This document shows, piece after piece, positions 26,729 through 35,207 of a DNA stretch of 64,000 nucleotides. Position numbers and translations under genes: made by a program. The stretch spans positions 121,677 to 185,676 of the forward strand of contig JAFQOP010000014.1 in NCBI GenBank assembly GCA_017403155.1, in the 5' to 3' direction. The DNA is from Clostridia bacterium (GTDB lineage: Bacteria; Bacillota; Clostridia; Oscillospirales; CAG-272). Under the pieces are notes generated by a model. It ran no database searches, had not been told where the DNA came from, and saw nothing but the letters and a program-made list of their open reading frames with translations. Within the stretch, counting starts at the first letter, position 1. Every line of letters starts with the position of its first letter.

Positions 26729-29425
26729 ATGGAACTCAAAACTTATCCGATCGTTGACAGTGTCGAAACACTTCACGAGGCAATCAAGCGTGTCAGAGCG
26801 GCACAGAAGATTTATGCTACCTACACCCAGGAGCAGGTTGACAAAATCTTCCTTGCAGCTGCGTCTGCGGCAGACAAGGCGAGAATTTCTCTCGCAAAGC
26901 TCGCGGTCGAGGAGACCGGAATGGGCATTGTAGAGGACAAGGTAATCAAGAATCACTATGCAGCAGAGTATATCTACAATGCTTACAAGGACACAAAGAC
27001 CTGCGGTGTAATCGAGGAGGACAGTGCGTACGGTATCCAGAAGATCGCTGAGCCTATCGGTGTTGTTGCGGCAGTTATTCCGACAACCAACCCCACCTCC
27101 ACCGCTATATTCAAGTGCCTTCTTGCGCTCAAAACCCGTAATGCAATTATAATCAGCCCCCACCCCAGAGCAAAGGGCGCTACCATCGCAGCAGCAAAGC
27201 TCGTTCTTGAGGCGGCAGTTGCGGCAGGCGCACCCGAGGGTCTTATCGACTGGATAGACGTTCCCTCTCTCGAGATGACTAACACCGTAATGAAGGAGTC
27301 CGACATAATCCTTGCTACGGGTGGTCCCGGAATGGTTAAGGCTGCATACTCCAGCGGCAAGCCCGCGCTTGGTGTTGGTGCAGGTAACACCCCCGCAATC
27401 ATCGACGAAACCGCAGACATCCTTCTTGCGGTAAACTCCATCATACATTCCAAGACCTTCGATAACGGAATGATTTGTGCGTCCGAGCAGTCTGTAATTG
27501 CACTTGATTCGGTATATGACGCAGTTAAGGCTGAGTTCGCTGCAAGAGGATGCTACTTCCTTAACCCTGCAGAGACCGAAAAGGTAAGAAAGACTATAAT
27601 CATCAATGGCGCTCTTAATGCAAAGATCGTTGGTCAGAAGGCTGCGAGAATCGCAGAGCTTGCAGGCGTAACGGTTCCTGCAGGTACCAAGATCCTTATC
27701 GGTGAGGTTGAGAGCGTTGAGCTCTCCGAGGAGTTTGCGCACGAGAAGCTCTCTCCCGTCCTTGCTATGTACAGAGCAAAGACCTTTGAGGACGCACTTG
27801 ACAAGGCTGACAAGCTTGTTGAGGACGGTGGCTTCGGTCACACCTCCTCCCTTTACATCAACGAGATAACCGAGAAGGAAAAGCTCGCAGCATACGCAGC
27901 AAGAATGAGAACCTGCCGCATACTTGTTAACACCCCCTCAGCCCACGGAGGTATCGGAGATCTTTACAACTTTAGACTTGCTCCCTCGCTCACCCTTGGC
28001 TGTGGCTCGTGGGGAGGTAACAGCGTATCCGAAAACGTTGGTGTGAAACACCTTCTTAACATCAAAACCGTAGCTGCAAGGAGAGAAAATATGCTTTGGT
28101 TCAGAACACCTGAAAAGGTTTATATCAAAAAGGGCTGCCTGCCCGTAGCTCTCGATGAGCTCAAGACGGTAAGAGGCGCGAAGAGAGCCTTTATCGTTAC
28201 CGATACGTTCCTTTACCAGAATGGATATACCAAGCCCATTACCGATAAGCTCGACCAGATGGGAATACAGCACACCACCTTCTTTAACGTTCAGCCCGAT
28301 CCCACCCTTGCAAATGCTACCGAGGGCGCAGCACAGATGAGAGCCTTCCAGCCCGATACCATTATCGCTCTTGGCGGCGGCTCTGCTATGGACGCAGGCA
28401 AGATTATGTGGGTGCTTTACGAGCATCCCGAGGCAGACTTTATGGATATGGCTATGAGATTCATCGATATCCGTAAGAGAATTTATACCTTCCCGAAGAT
28501 GGGAGAAAAGGCGTATTTCATAGCAATCCCTACCTCAGCAGGTACGGGCTCCGAGGTTACTCCCTTCGCAGTTATCACCGACGAAAAGACAGGTGTCAAG
28601 TATCCTCTTGCTGACTATGAGCTTCTTCCCAATATGGCAATTATTGATACTGACTTCCATATGTCTGCTCCTCGCGGACTTACAGCAGCATCGGGCATTG
28701 ATGCTGTAACTCACGCAGTTGAGGCATATGCGGCTATGCTTGCCACCGACTATACCGACGGACTTGCTCTCCGTGCTCTCAAGGTAATCTTTGAGTACCT
28801 TCCCAGAGCCTATGACAACGGACAGACCGACGTCGAGGCACGTGAGAAGATGGCTAATGCCGCAACTATGGCTGGTATGGCGTTTGCCAACGCATTCCTC
28901 GGTGTATGTCACTCCATGGCACATAAGCTCGGCGCTTTCCATCACCTTCCTCACGGTGTTGCAAACGCACTTATGATCGAGGAGGTTATCAGATTCAATG
29001 CTGCAGAGGCTCCCGCAAAGATGGGTACCTTCTCGCAGTATGACCATCCCCATACTCTTGCAAGATATGCAGAGATTGCCGATTATCTCGGACTTGGCGG
29101 CAAGAACAACAGCGAAAAGCTCGAGAATCTTATCGCGGCTATCAACAAGCTGAAGGCTCGCGTAGGTATCAAGGAAACCATCAAGGATTACGGTATTGAT
29201 GAAGAGGATTTCCTTCTTCGCCTTGACGATATGGTAGAGCAGGCGTTTGACGATCAGTGCACAGGTGCCAACCCCCGTTATCCTCTTATGTCCGAGATCA
29301 AGCAGATGTATCTCAACGCATATTACGGCAAGCACTTCGTAGAGGAGAAGATGCCTCTTACCGACCTCGACGTACACACACCCGATCCTATAAAAACTCC
29401 CTATCGCAGGGGCAAAAAGGCGTAA
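26729..29425 (+). CDS. adhE: Bifunctional acetaldehyde-CoA / alcohol dehydrogenase
   Basis: 898 aa. N-terminal ALDH domain (FDNGMICASEQS) and C-terminal Fe-ADH domain (GGGSAMDAGK, HSMAHKLGAFHHLPHG). Confidence 0.95.
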   Translation: MELKTYPIVDSVETLHEAIKRVRAAQKIYATYTQEQVDKIFLAAASAADKARISLAKLAVEETGMGIVEDKVIKNHYAAEYIYNAYKDTKTCGVIEEDSAYGIQKIAEPIGVVAAVIPTTNPTSTAIFKCLLALKTRNAIIISPHPRAKGATIAAAKLVLEAAVAAGAPEGLIDWIDVPSLEMTNTVMKESDIILATGGPGMVKAAYSSGKPALGVGAGNTPAIIDETADILLAVNSIIHSKTFDNGMICASEQSVIALDSVYDAVKAEFAARGCYFLNPAETEKVRKTIIINGALNAKIVGQKAARIAELAGVTVPAGTKILIGEVESVELSEEFAHEKLSPVLAMYRAKTFEDALDKADKLVEDGGFGHTSSLYINEITEKEKLAAYAARMRTCRILVNTPSAHGGIGDLYNFRLAPSLTLGCGSWGGNSVSENVGVKHLLNIKTVAARRENMLWFRTPEKVYIKKGCLPVALDELKTVRGAKRAFIVTDTFLYQNGYTKPITDKLDQMGIQHTTFFNVQPDPTLANATEGAAQMRAFQPDTIIALGGGSAMDAGKIMWVLYEHPEADFMDMAMRFIDIRKRIYTFPKMGEKAYFIAIPTSAGTGSEVTPFAVITDEKTGVKYPLADYELLPNMAIIDTDFHMSAPRGLTAASGIDAVTHAVEAYAAMLATDYTDGLALRALKVIFEYLPRAYDNGQTDVEAREKMANAATMAGMAFANAFLGVCHSMAHKLGAFHHLPHGVANALMIEEVIRFNAAEAPAKMGTFSQYDHPHTLARYAEIADYLGLGGKNNSEKLENLIAAINKLKARVGIKETIKDYGIDEEDFLLRLDDMVEQAFDDQCTGANPRYPLMSEIKQMYLNAYYGKHFVEEKMPLTDLDVHTPDPIKTPYRRGKKA

Positions 29426-29444
29426 GCAAAAGGAGGCATGAAAA

Positions 29445-30194
29445 ATGAAACTTGACAGAGTAATTGCAGTAAGAAACAACAAGACCGTATATCGTGACGG
29501 TGATAGATGCATAAAGGTATTTAATGCGGAATATTCCAAGGCAGACGTGCTTAACGAAGCACTTAACCAGGCAAGGATCGAGGAGACTGGACTTAACATT
29601 CCCAAGATTCTCGAGGTTACCATGATTGACGGCAAGTGGGCAATAATCTCCGAGTTTATAAAGGGAAAGACGCTCGCTCAGCTTATAGAGGAGAATCCCG
29701 AAGAAAAGGAGAAGTATATAGAGCTTCTCGTTGATTTGCAGATGCTCACACATAGCAAGACCTGCCCTCTTCTTAACAAGCTCAAGGATAAGATGAGCCG
29801 CAAGATTGCCATGACCGAGCTTGATGCAACCACTCGCTATGACCTTCATACTCGCCTTGAGGGGATGCCTAAGCACAATAAGGTATGCCACGGAGACTTC
29901 AACCCCTCCAACATAATAATCACCGAGGATGGCATGCCCTATATTATTGACTGGGCGCACGCAACTCAGGGAAATGCATCGGCAGACGTTGCTCGCACCT
30001 ACCTCCTCTTCTGGCTTAACGGAGATATCGCCGGAGCAGAGCTCTATCTGGACACCTTCTGTAAGAAGAGCGACACAGCAAAGCAGTATGTCCAGAAGTG
30101 GATGCCCATTGTAGCCGCATCTCAGTCTGTAAAGGGCAATGAGAAGGAGCGCGAGTTCCTTATGAGCTGGGTCGGCGTTGTTGACTATCAATAA
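29445..30194 (+). CDS. APH/choline-kinase-fold kinase (putative protein kinase of the hydrogenase locus)
   Basis: 249 aa. Lys in CIKVF, catalytic loop CHGDFNPSNIII (HxDxxxxN), and metal-binding IDW. Confidence 0.7.
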   Translation: MKLDRVIAVRNNKTVYRDGDRCIKVFNAEYSKADVLNEALNQARIEETGLNIPKILEVTMIDGKWAIISEFIKGKTLAQLIEENPEEKEKYIELLVDLQMLTHSKTCPLLNKLKDKMSRKIAMTELDATTRYDLHTRLEGMPKHNKVCHGDFNPSNIIITEDGMPYIIDWAHATQGNASADVARTYLLFWLNGDIAGAELYLDTFCKKSDTAKQYVQKWMPIVAASQSVKGNEKEREFLMSWVGVVDYQ

Positions 30195-30209
30195 GCTATT
30201 TCTAAAATA

Positions 30210-30239
30210 ACAGATACAGAGCATCGCCTCTGTATCTGT
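30210..30239 (+). other. Perfect 12-bp stem-loop without U-tract (possible processing or partial attenuation site)
   Basis: ACAGATACAGAG catcgc CTCTGTATCTGT, between the kinase gene and the ferredoxin genes. Confidence 0.5.
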
Positions 30240-30270
30240 ACCAAAATAAAATAAAGTGAGGTAAATAGTT

Positions 30271-30513
30271 ATGCTTAAAATCACAGTATGTATAGGAAGC
30301 TCCTGCCATATCAAGGGATCAAGACAGGTAGTAGAGCAGCTTCAGTATCTTATAGCCGAGAACAACCTCGGTGACAAGGTTGAGCTCGGCGGCACCTTCT
30401 GTATGGGTAAGTGCCAGCTCGGAGTTTGCGTTACCGTAAACGATACCTTCCATTCGGTTACTCCCGAGAACGTTGGCGACTTCTTTGCCAAGGAAGTTCT
30501 CGCAAAGGTATAA
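30271..30513 (+). CDS. Thioredoxin-like [2Fe-2S] mini-ferredoxin (NuoE/HydC-like), copy 1
   Basis: 80 aa. Cys pattern C7-x4-C12 ... C44-x3-C48. Confidence 0.7.
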   Translation: MLKITVCIGSSCHIKGSRQVVEQLQYLIAENNLGDKVELGGTFCMGKCQLGVCVTVNDTFHSVTPENVGDFFAKEVLAKV

Positions 30514-30516
30514 AAT

Positions 30517-30780
30517 ATGCTGTTCGTTCAGGTATGCGTTGGCTCGTCCTGCCACCTGAAGGGCTCGCAGGATATAGTTGAGCTGCTGCAGAAGGCAGTC
30601 GAGGAGTATCATATTGATGACGACGTTGTTCTCTCCGGCAGCTTCTGCATAGGGAAGTGCAATCGCATAGGTGTTACCGTTCAGATAAACGATGACGTCC
30701 ATGTCGGAGTAACCAGGGATAACTTCAGGGAGTTTTTCAAGAAAAATATCCTTGACGAAATCAAGAACGAAGGGAAGTGA
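30517..30780 (+). CDS. Thioredoxin-like [2Fe-2S] mini-ferredoxin, copy 2 (tandem paralogue)
   Basis: 87 aa. Same C7-x4-C12 ... C44-x3-C48 spacing, and an N-terminus nearly identical in pattern to copy 1 (VC[IV]GSSCH[IL]KGS). Confidence 0.7.
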   Translation: MLFVQVCVGSSCHLKGSQDIVELLQKAVEEYHIDDDVVLSGSFCIGKCNRIGVTVQINDDVHVGVTRDNFREFFKKNILDEIKNEGK

Positions 30781-30784
30781 ACCC

Positions 30785-32464
30785 ATGGCAAATTGCCTTA
30801 CACTTAAAAAGTCAAATTGTAAGAACTGCTATAAATGCATTCGTCACTGTCCTGTAAAGGCTATCCGATTCTCGGGCAACCAGGCGCATATAATTGGTAA
30901 TGAATGCATACTTTGCGGTCACTGCTTCGTTGTTTGTCCGCAGAATGCCAAGGAAATAGTTGACGGCACCGAAAAGGCAAGAGTTCTTTTACATAGCGGA
31001 GATCCGGTAATTGTCAGCCTTGCTCCGTCCTTCGTTGCAAATTACGACGGAGTTGGCATAGAATCTATGCGCCGAGCACTAAAGCAGCTCGGCTTTTACG
31101 ACGTTGAGGAGACTGCAATCGGAGCAACGATAGTAAAGAAGGAATATGAAAGAATGCTGCGTGAGGAGGAAAGAGATATAATTATAACCTCCTGCTGTCA
31201 TTCCATCAACCTGCTTATACAAAAATATTTCCCCACAACGCTTGAATATCTCGCTGACGTTATGTCACCTATGCAGGCTCATTGTCTTGATATCAAGAAA
31301 AGAATTCCGAACGCAAAGACCGTGTTCATAGGTCCTTGCGTTGCAAAGAAGGATGAGGCGGAATACTATGAGGGAATAGTTGATGCCGTTCTCACCTTCG
31401 AGGAGCTTTCCGAATGGCTGAAGAGTGAAAGAATCACTCTGGAAAAGGAGCTCGACACAACAGCACAGAGTCGCGCACGCTTCTTCCCGACCACGGGCGG
31501 CATTCTGAAAACCATGACCGAAAGATTGTCCGACTATACCTATATAGCTCTCGACGGTGTCGAAAACTGTATGTCTGCGCTGAAGGATATTGAGGAGGGC
31601 AGAATACATAAGTGCTTCATCGAAATGTCTGCCTGCGTTGGCAGCTGCATTGGCGGTCCCGTTATGGAAAAGTATCACCGTTCTTCTCCCATTAAGGATT
31701 ATATTTCTGTATCCGATTACGCAGGAGAGCAGGATTTTGACGTTCAGCAGCCTTCTGCCGCAAGCTTGAAAAAGCATTTTTCAATGATTGAGCACAAGCT
31801 CGCCACCCCGTCCGAAAACGAGATAATGACTGTGCTTCGCCAGATGGGCAAGTTTAAACCGTCAGATGAGCTTAACTGTGGCTCCTGCGGATATAACTCC
31901 TGCCGAGAGAAGGCTATTGCAATAATTCAGGGCAAGGCTGAAAGCTCAATGTGTCTGCCGTTTCTGAAGGATAAGGCAGAGAGCTTTTCTGATACGATAG
32001 TAAAGAATACGCCCAACGGACTTATTGCCCTCAATGAGAATCTTGAGGTTCAGCAAATAAATGCTGCAGCACGTAAGATTATGAATATAAGATCCGAAAG
32101 CGACGTTCTTGGAGAGCCCGTGGTGCGCATTCTTGATCCAACCGTATATATGCAGGTAAAAAGCACAGGTAGAACCGTGCGTGATCAGCGTACATATCTT
32201 GCCGAATACAAAAAGTATATCAAGCAGACGGTAGTATACGACAGCGAGTCGCGTATGCTTATAGGCATTATGCGTGATATCACCGATGAAGAGGCAGAAA
32301 GAGAAAAAAAGGCAAGGATAAATAAGCAGACAGTAGAGGTAGCGGACAGCGTTGTAGAGAAGCAGATGAGAATAGTCCAGGAGATAGCATCACTGCTCGG
32401 TGAAACGGCTGCCGAAACGAAGATCGCTCTCACAAAGCTGAAGGAGTCTATCGACGATGAATGA
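30785..32464 (+). CDS. hydS: Sensory-type [FeFe] hydrogenase-like protein with C-terminal PAS domain (HydS, group C-like)
   Basis: Two Cx2Cx2Cx3CP ferredoxin motifs. H-domain motifs TSCCH, GPCVAKKDE, EMSACVGSCIGGP. Extra CGSCGYNSC...C motif, then a PAS-like segment (TPNGLIALNENLEVQQINAAARKIMN) and a coiled-coil tail. Confidence 0.8.
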   Translation: MANCLTLKKSNCKNCYKCIRHCPVKAIRFSGNQAHIIGNECILCGHCFVVCPQNAKEIVDGTEKARVLLHSGDPVIVSLAPSFVANYDGVGIESMRRALKQLGFYDVEETAIGATIVKKEYERMLREEERDIIITSCCHSINLLIQKYFPTTLEYLADVMSPMQAHCLDIKKRIPNAKTVFIGPCVAKKDEAEYYEGIVDAVLTFEELSEWLKSERITLEKELDTTAQSRARFFPTTGGILKTMTERLSDYTYIALDGVENCMSALKDIEEGRIHKCFIEMSACVGSCIGGPVMEKYHRSSPIKDYISVSDYAGEQDFDVQQPSAASLKKHFSMIEHKLATPSENEIMTVLRQMGKFKPSDELNCGSCGYNSCREKAIAIIQGKAESSMCLPFLKDKAESFSDTIVKNTPNGLIALNENLEVQQINAAARKIMNIRSESDVLGEPVVRILDPTVYMQVKSTGRTVRDQRTYLAEYKKYIKQTVVYDSESRMLIGIMRDITDEEAEREKKARINKQTVEVADSVVEKQMRIVQEIASLLGETAAETKIALTKLKESIDDE

Positions 32465-33629
32465 TTTGTGTGCGGATATAGGCTACAAGAGTATTAACCA
32501 CGTCGGCGAGGAGCTTTGCGGCGACCACGTAGATATTGTCGAGGGTGGCTTAAATTCCACCGTCATCGTGCTTGCAGACGGGCTTGGCAGCGGAGTAAAG
32601 GCTAGTATTCTTTCGACCCTTACGGCTAAAATTATTTCAACTATGATGGCTGCGGGACTTGCTCTCGAGGAGTGTGTTTCCACTATTGCGGCAACGCTAC
32701 CCGTATGCTCGCTTCGCGGTGTTGCATATTCCACCTTTACAATAATTCTGCTTCAAAACAATGAAATTGCCGAGATAATACAGTATGACAATCCTCACGT
32801 TATCCTCATAAGGGGCTATGAGCTGTATGACTATCCTAAGACCGAAATGAACATCGGAGGCAAAAAAATATACAAGACCACAATAAAGCTCGAGGAGGAC
32901 GACGTATTCATCGCTATGAGCGACGGTTGCCCTCATGCCGGAATGGGAGGTAAGTATAACTTCGGTTGGAAGAGAGAGGATATTGCCGAATATATGAAGG
33001 CGCTCGTTGCCGGAGGATATACTGCGAAGAACCTTTCTACTATGCTGGTTGATGAATGCGACAAGCTATACGGTCATAAGCCGGGTGACGATACGACCGC
33101 ATGCGTTGTTAAGATAAGAAAAAGAGAGCCGATGAATATTCTCTTCGGTCCTCCCTCAAATCGAGATGACGCAAACCGCATGATGTCCCTCTTTTTCTCG
33201 AAGGAGGGCAAGCATATTATATGCGGTGGAACAACATCCTCAATAGCGGCAAAATACCTCGGAAAGCAAATAAGGACGAGCCTTAGCTTTGAGAGGAGCG
33301 ACGTTCCTCCCATTGCGTATATAGACGGTATTGACCTTGTTACCGAGGGTGTAATCACTATGAACAAGGTAATCCAATATGCAAAGGACTACCTCGGTGA
33401 GAACGAGCTGTATGAGGAATGGAACTTCAAAAAGGACGGAGCCTCACTGATAAGCCGACTGCTGTTCGAGGAGGCAACAGATATAAACTTCTATGTGGGT
33501 AGAGCGGTGAACCCCGCCCACCAGAATCCCGACCTTCCCATTAATTTCAATATAAAAATGAACTTGGTCGAGGAGCTGTCCGCTTGCCTCAAGAAGATGG
33601 GCAAGCGAATCAAGGTCAGCTACTTTTGA
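32457..33629 (+). CDS. SpoIIE/PP2C-family protein phosphatase with uncharacterised C-terminal domain
   Basis: CGDHVD, LADGLGSGVKAS, MSDGCPHAG, GDDTTACVV motifs in residues 1-225. Residues 226-390 carry no motif I recognise. The start overlaps the hydS stop by 8 nt. Confidence 0.8.
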   Translation: MNDLCADIGYKSINHVGEELCGDHVDIVEGGLNSTVIVLADGLGSGVKASILSTLTAKIISTMMAAGLALEECVSTIAATLPVCSLRGVAYSTFTIILLQNNEIAEIIQYDNPHVILIRGYELYDYPKTEMNIGGKKIYKTTIKLEEDDVFIAMSDGCPHAGMGGKYNFGWKREDIAEYMKALVAGGYTAKNLSTMLVDECDKLYGHKPGDDTTACVVKIRKREPMNILFGPPSNRDDANRMMSLFFSKEGKHIICGGTTSSIAAKYLGKQIRTSLSFERSDVPPIAYIDGIDLVTEGVITMNKVIQYAKDYLGENELYEEWNFKKDGASLISRLLFEEATDINFYVGRAVNPAHQNPDLPINFNIKMNLVEELSACLKKMGKRIKVSYF

Positions 33630-33643
33630 TTAAGGAGGTTAAA

Positions 33644-35074
33644 ATGCGTAAATTTGATACAAAGGTACAGCACTTAAAATATAAGGTTTTAAGGGAGGTT
33701 GCCCGCCTTGCATGGGCAGATAAGCTTCTCGAAAATCTGCTCGATATCCCCAAGACGCTGGTTCCCGGCAAGGAAGCAACAATGAGATGCTGTGTTTACA
33801 AGGAGCGTGCGATTCTTTCCGAGAGAGTAAAGATTGCTATGGGAGGCGACCCCAACAATCATAACGTAATCGAGGTTATTGAGATCGCCTGCGACGAATG
33901 TCCTGTCGGCGGATATGAGGTTACCAACGCGTGCAGAGGTTGCCTTGCAAACCGCTGTGAGGACGTGTGCAAGTTCGGTGCAATCAGCTTCGACCAAAAT
34001 CACGTAGCCCACATTGACAAAACGAAATGTAAGGAATGCGGTGCATGTGCAAAGGTTTGCCCCTTCACTGCAATAGTCAGCCGCAAGCGCCCCTGCCAGA
34101 ACGCCTGCAAGGTAAAGGCTATAACCATGAATGCGGATAAGTCTGCAAAGATAGATAATTCCAAATGCATTCAGTGCGGTGCTTGTGTATATACCTGCCC
34201 GTTCGGTGCCATTGTAGACAAGTCGTATATGGTGAACACAATCGATATACTCAAGAAGAGCGAGCGCGCGGGAAAGGGAGGTAACTATAAGGTATTTGCT
34301 GTTGTAGCACCGTCTATCTCCAGCCAGTTCTCATATGCCAAGCTCGGTCAGGTGATTACAGGACTGAAGCAGCTCGGCTTCCACGACGTTATTGAGGCGG
34401 CACTCGGTGCCGATATGGTGGCGATGGCTGAGGCTCGTGAGCTTTCTGAGAAGGGCTTGCTTACCAGCTCCTGCTGTCCTGCCTTCGTTCAGTACATAAA
34501 GTCTAATTTCCCGAGCCTTGTGGAGCATATTTCGCATAATATGTCTCCTATGGCAGTTCTTGCAAAATATATAAAGGAAATAACCCCCAATGCCAAGGTT
34601 GTCTTTATCGGTCCGTGCACCGCCAAGAAAGCTGAGGCACAGCTCGAGGAGGTTAAGCCCTACGTTGATGCGGTCCTCACCTTTGAAGAGCTTCAGGCAC
34701 TCTTTGACAGCCGTGATCTTGACCTTTCCACACTTGATGAGGGAGTGCTTGACAATGCATCCTACTTCGGGCGAATTTTCGCACGTAGCGGAGGTCTTAC
34801 CGATGCTGCGGCAGAGGCTATGAAGGAGCAGGGCATTGACTTCGAAATCAAGCCCGTTGTCTGTGACGGAATTGAGGCATGCCGAGTTGCACTTCTCAAG
34901 CTGAGCAAGGGACTCCTTGACGGCAACTTTGTCGAGGGTATGGCATGCATAGGAGGCTGTATCGGCGGCGCAGGATGTCTCACTCACGGAGAGAAGAGCA
35001 AAGCTGAGGTTGACAAGTACGGCAAAGAGGCGTATGAGAAAACCATAAGCGATGCAATATCGATACTGAAATAA
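33644..35074 (+). CDS. hydA: Catalytic monomeric [FeFe] hydrogenase (multi-cluster N-terminus, group B-like)
   Basis: Canonical H-cluster motifs TSSCCP, GPCTAKKAE, EGMACIGGCIGG and several 4Fe-4S motifs (CKECGACAKVCP, CIQCGACVYTCP). AGGAGG lies 5 nt upstream of ATG 33644. Confidence 0.85.
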   Translation: MRKFDTKVQHLKYKVLREVARLAWADKLLENLLDIPKTLVPGKEATMRCCVYKERAILSERVKIAMGGDPNNHNVIEVIEIACDECPVGGYEVTNACRGCLANRCEDVCKFGAISFDQNHVAHIDKTKCKECGACAKVCPFTAIVSRKRPCQNACKVKAITMNADKSAKIDNSKCIQCGACVYTCPFGAIVDKSYMVNTIDILKKSERAGKGGNYKVFAVVAPSISSQFSYAKLGQVITGLKQLGFHDVIEAALGADMVAMAEARELSEKGLLTSSCCPAFVQYIKSNFPSLVEHISHNMSPMAVLAKYIKEITPNAKVVFIGPCTAKKAEAQLEEVKPYVDAVLTFEELQALFDSRDLDLSTLDEGVLDNASYFGRIFARSGGLTDAAAEAMKEQGIDFEIKPVVCDGIEACRVALLKLSKGLLDGNFVEGMACIGGCIGGAGCLTHGEKSKAEVDKYGKEAYEKTISDAISILK

Positions 35075-35076
35075 GT

Positions 35077-35108
35077 AAAAAGCGGTGAGTGAATGCCCAC
35101 CGCTTTTA
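35077..35108 (+). terminator. Intrinsic terminator after hydA
   Basis: AAAAAGCGGTG / CACCGCTTTT stem with a T-run. Confidence 0.75.
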
Positions 35109-35133
35109 TATGTTTATTTTTAGCTTTTATCTA

Positions 35134-35162
35134 TTGAAAAAGAAAAGCAAATGTGATATACT
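35134..35162 (+). promoter_or_regulatory. Sigma-A promoter upstream of ychF
   Basis: TTGAAA (35134-35139), 17 nt spacer, TATACT (35157-35162). Confidence 0.5.
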
Positions 35163-35207
35163 AATTGAAGTATACGTAATTTTTTTCGATTAAAAGGAGA
35201 CTAATAT

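Noticed and set aside
26699-29635. Two long minus-strand ORFs (380 and 366 aa) antisense to adhE
   Set aside because: adhE on the plus strand is unambiguous, with ALDH and Fe-ADH motifs along its full length. The antisense translations are Cys-rich low-complexity strings typical of shadow frames.
29388-30314. 308-aa minus-strand ORF antisense to the kinase gene
   Set aside because: The plus-strand frame carries the HGDFNPSN catalytic loop and a good SD. The antisense ORF has neither motif nor SD.
33584-33643. 20-codon N-terminal extension of the catalytic hydrogenase ORF, overlapping the phosphatase gene
   Set aside because: AGGAGG lies 5 nt upstream of ATG 33644, and the extension has no SD and overlaps the PP2C coding end. 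Similar trimming was applied to the hydS, prfA, tsaC, coaE, Wzz and BY-kinase starts.
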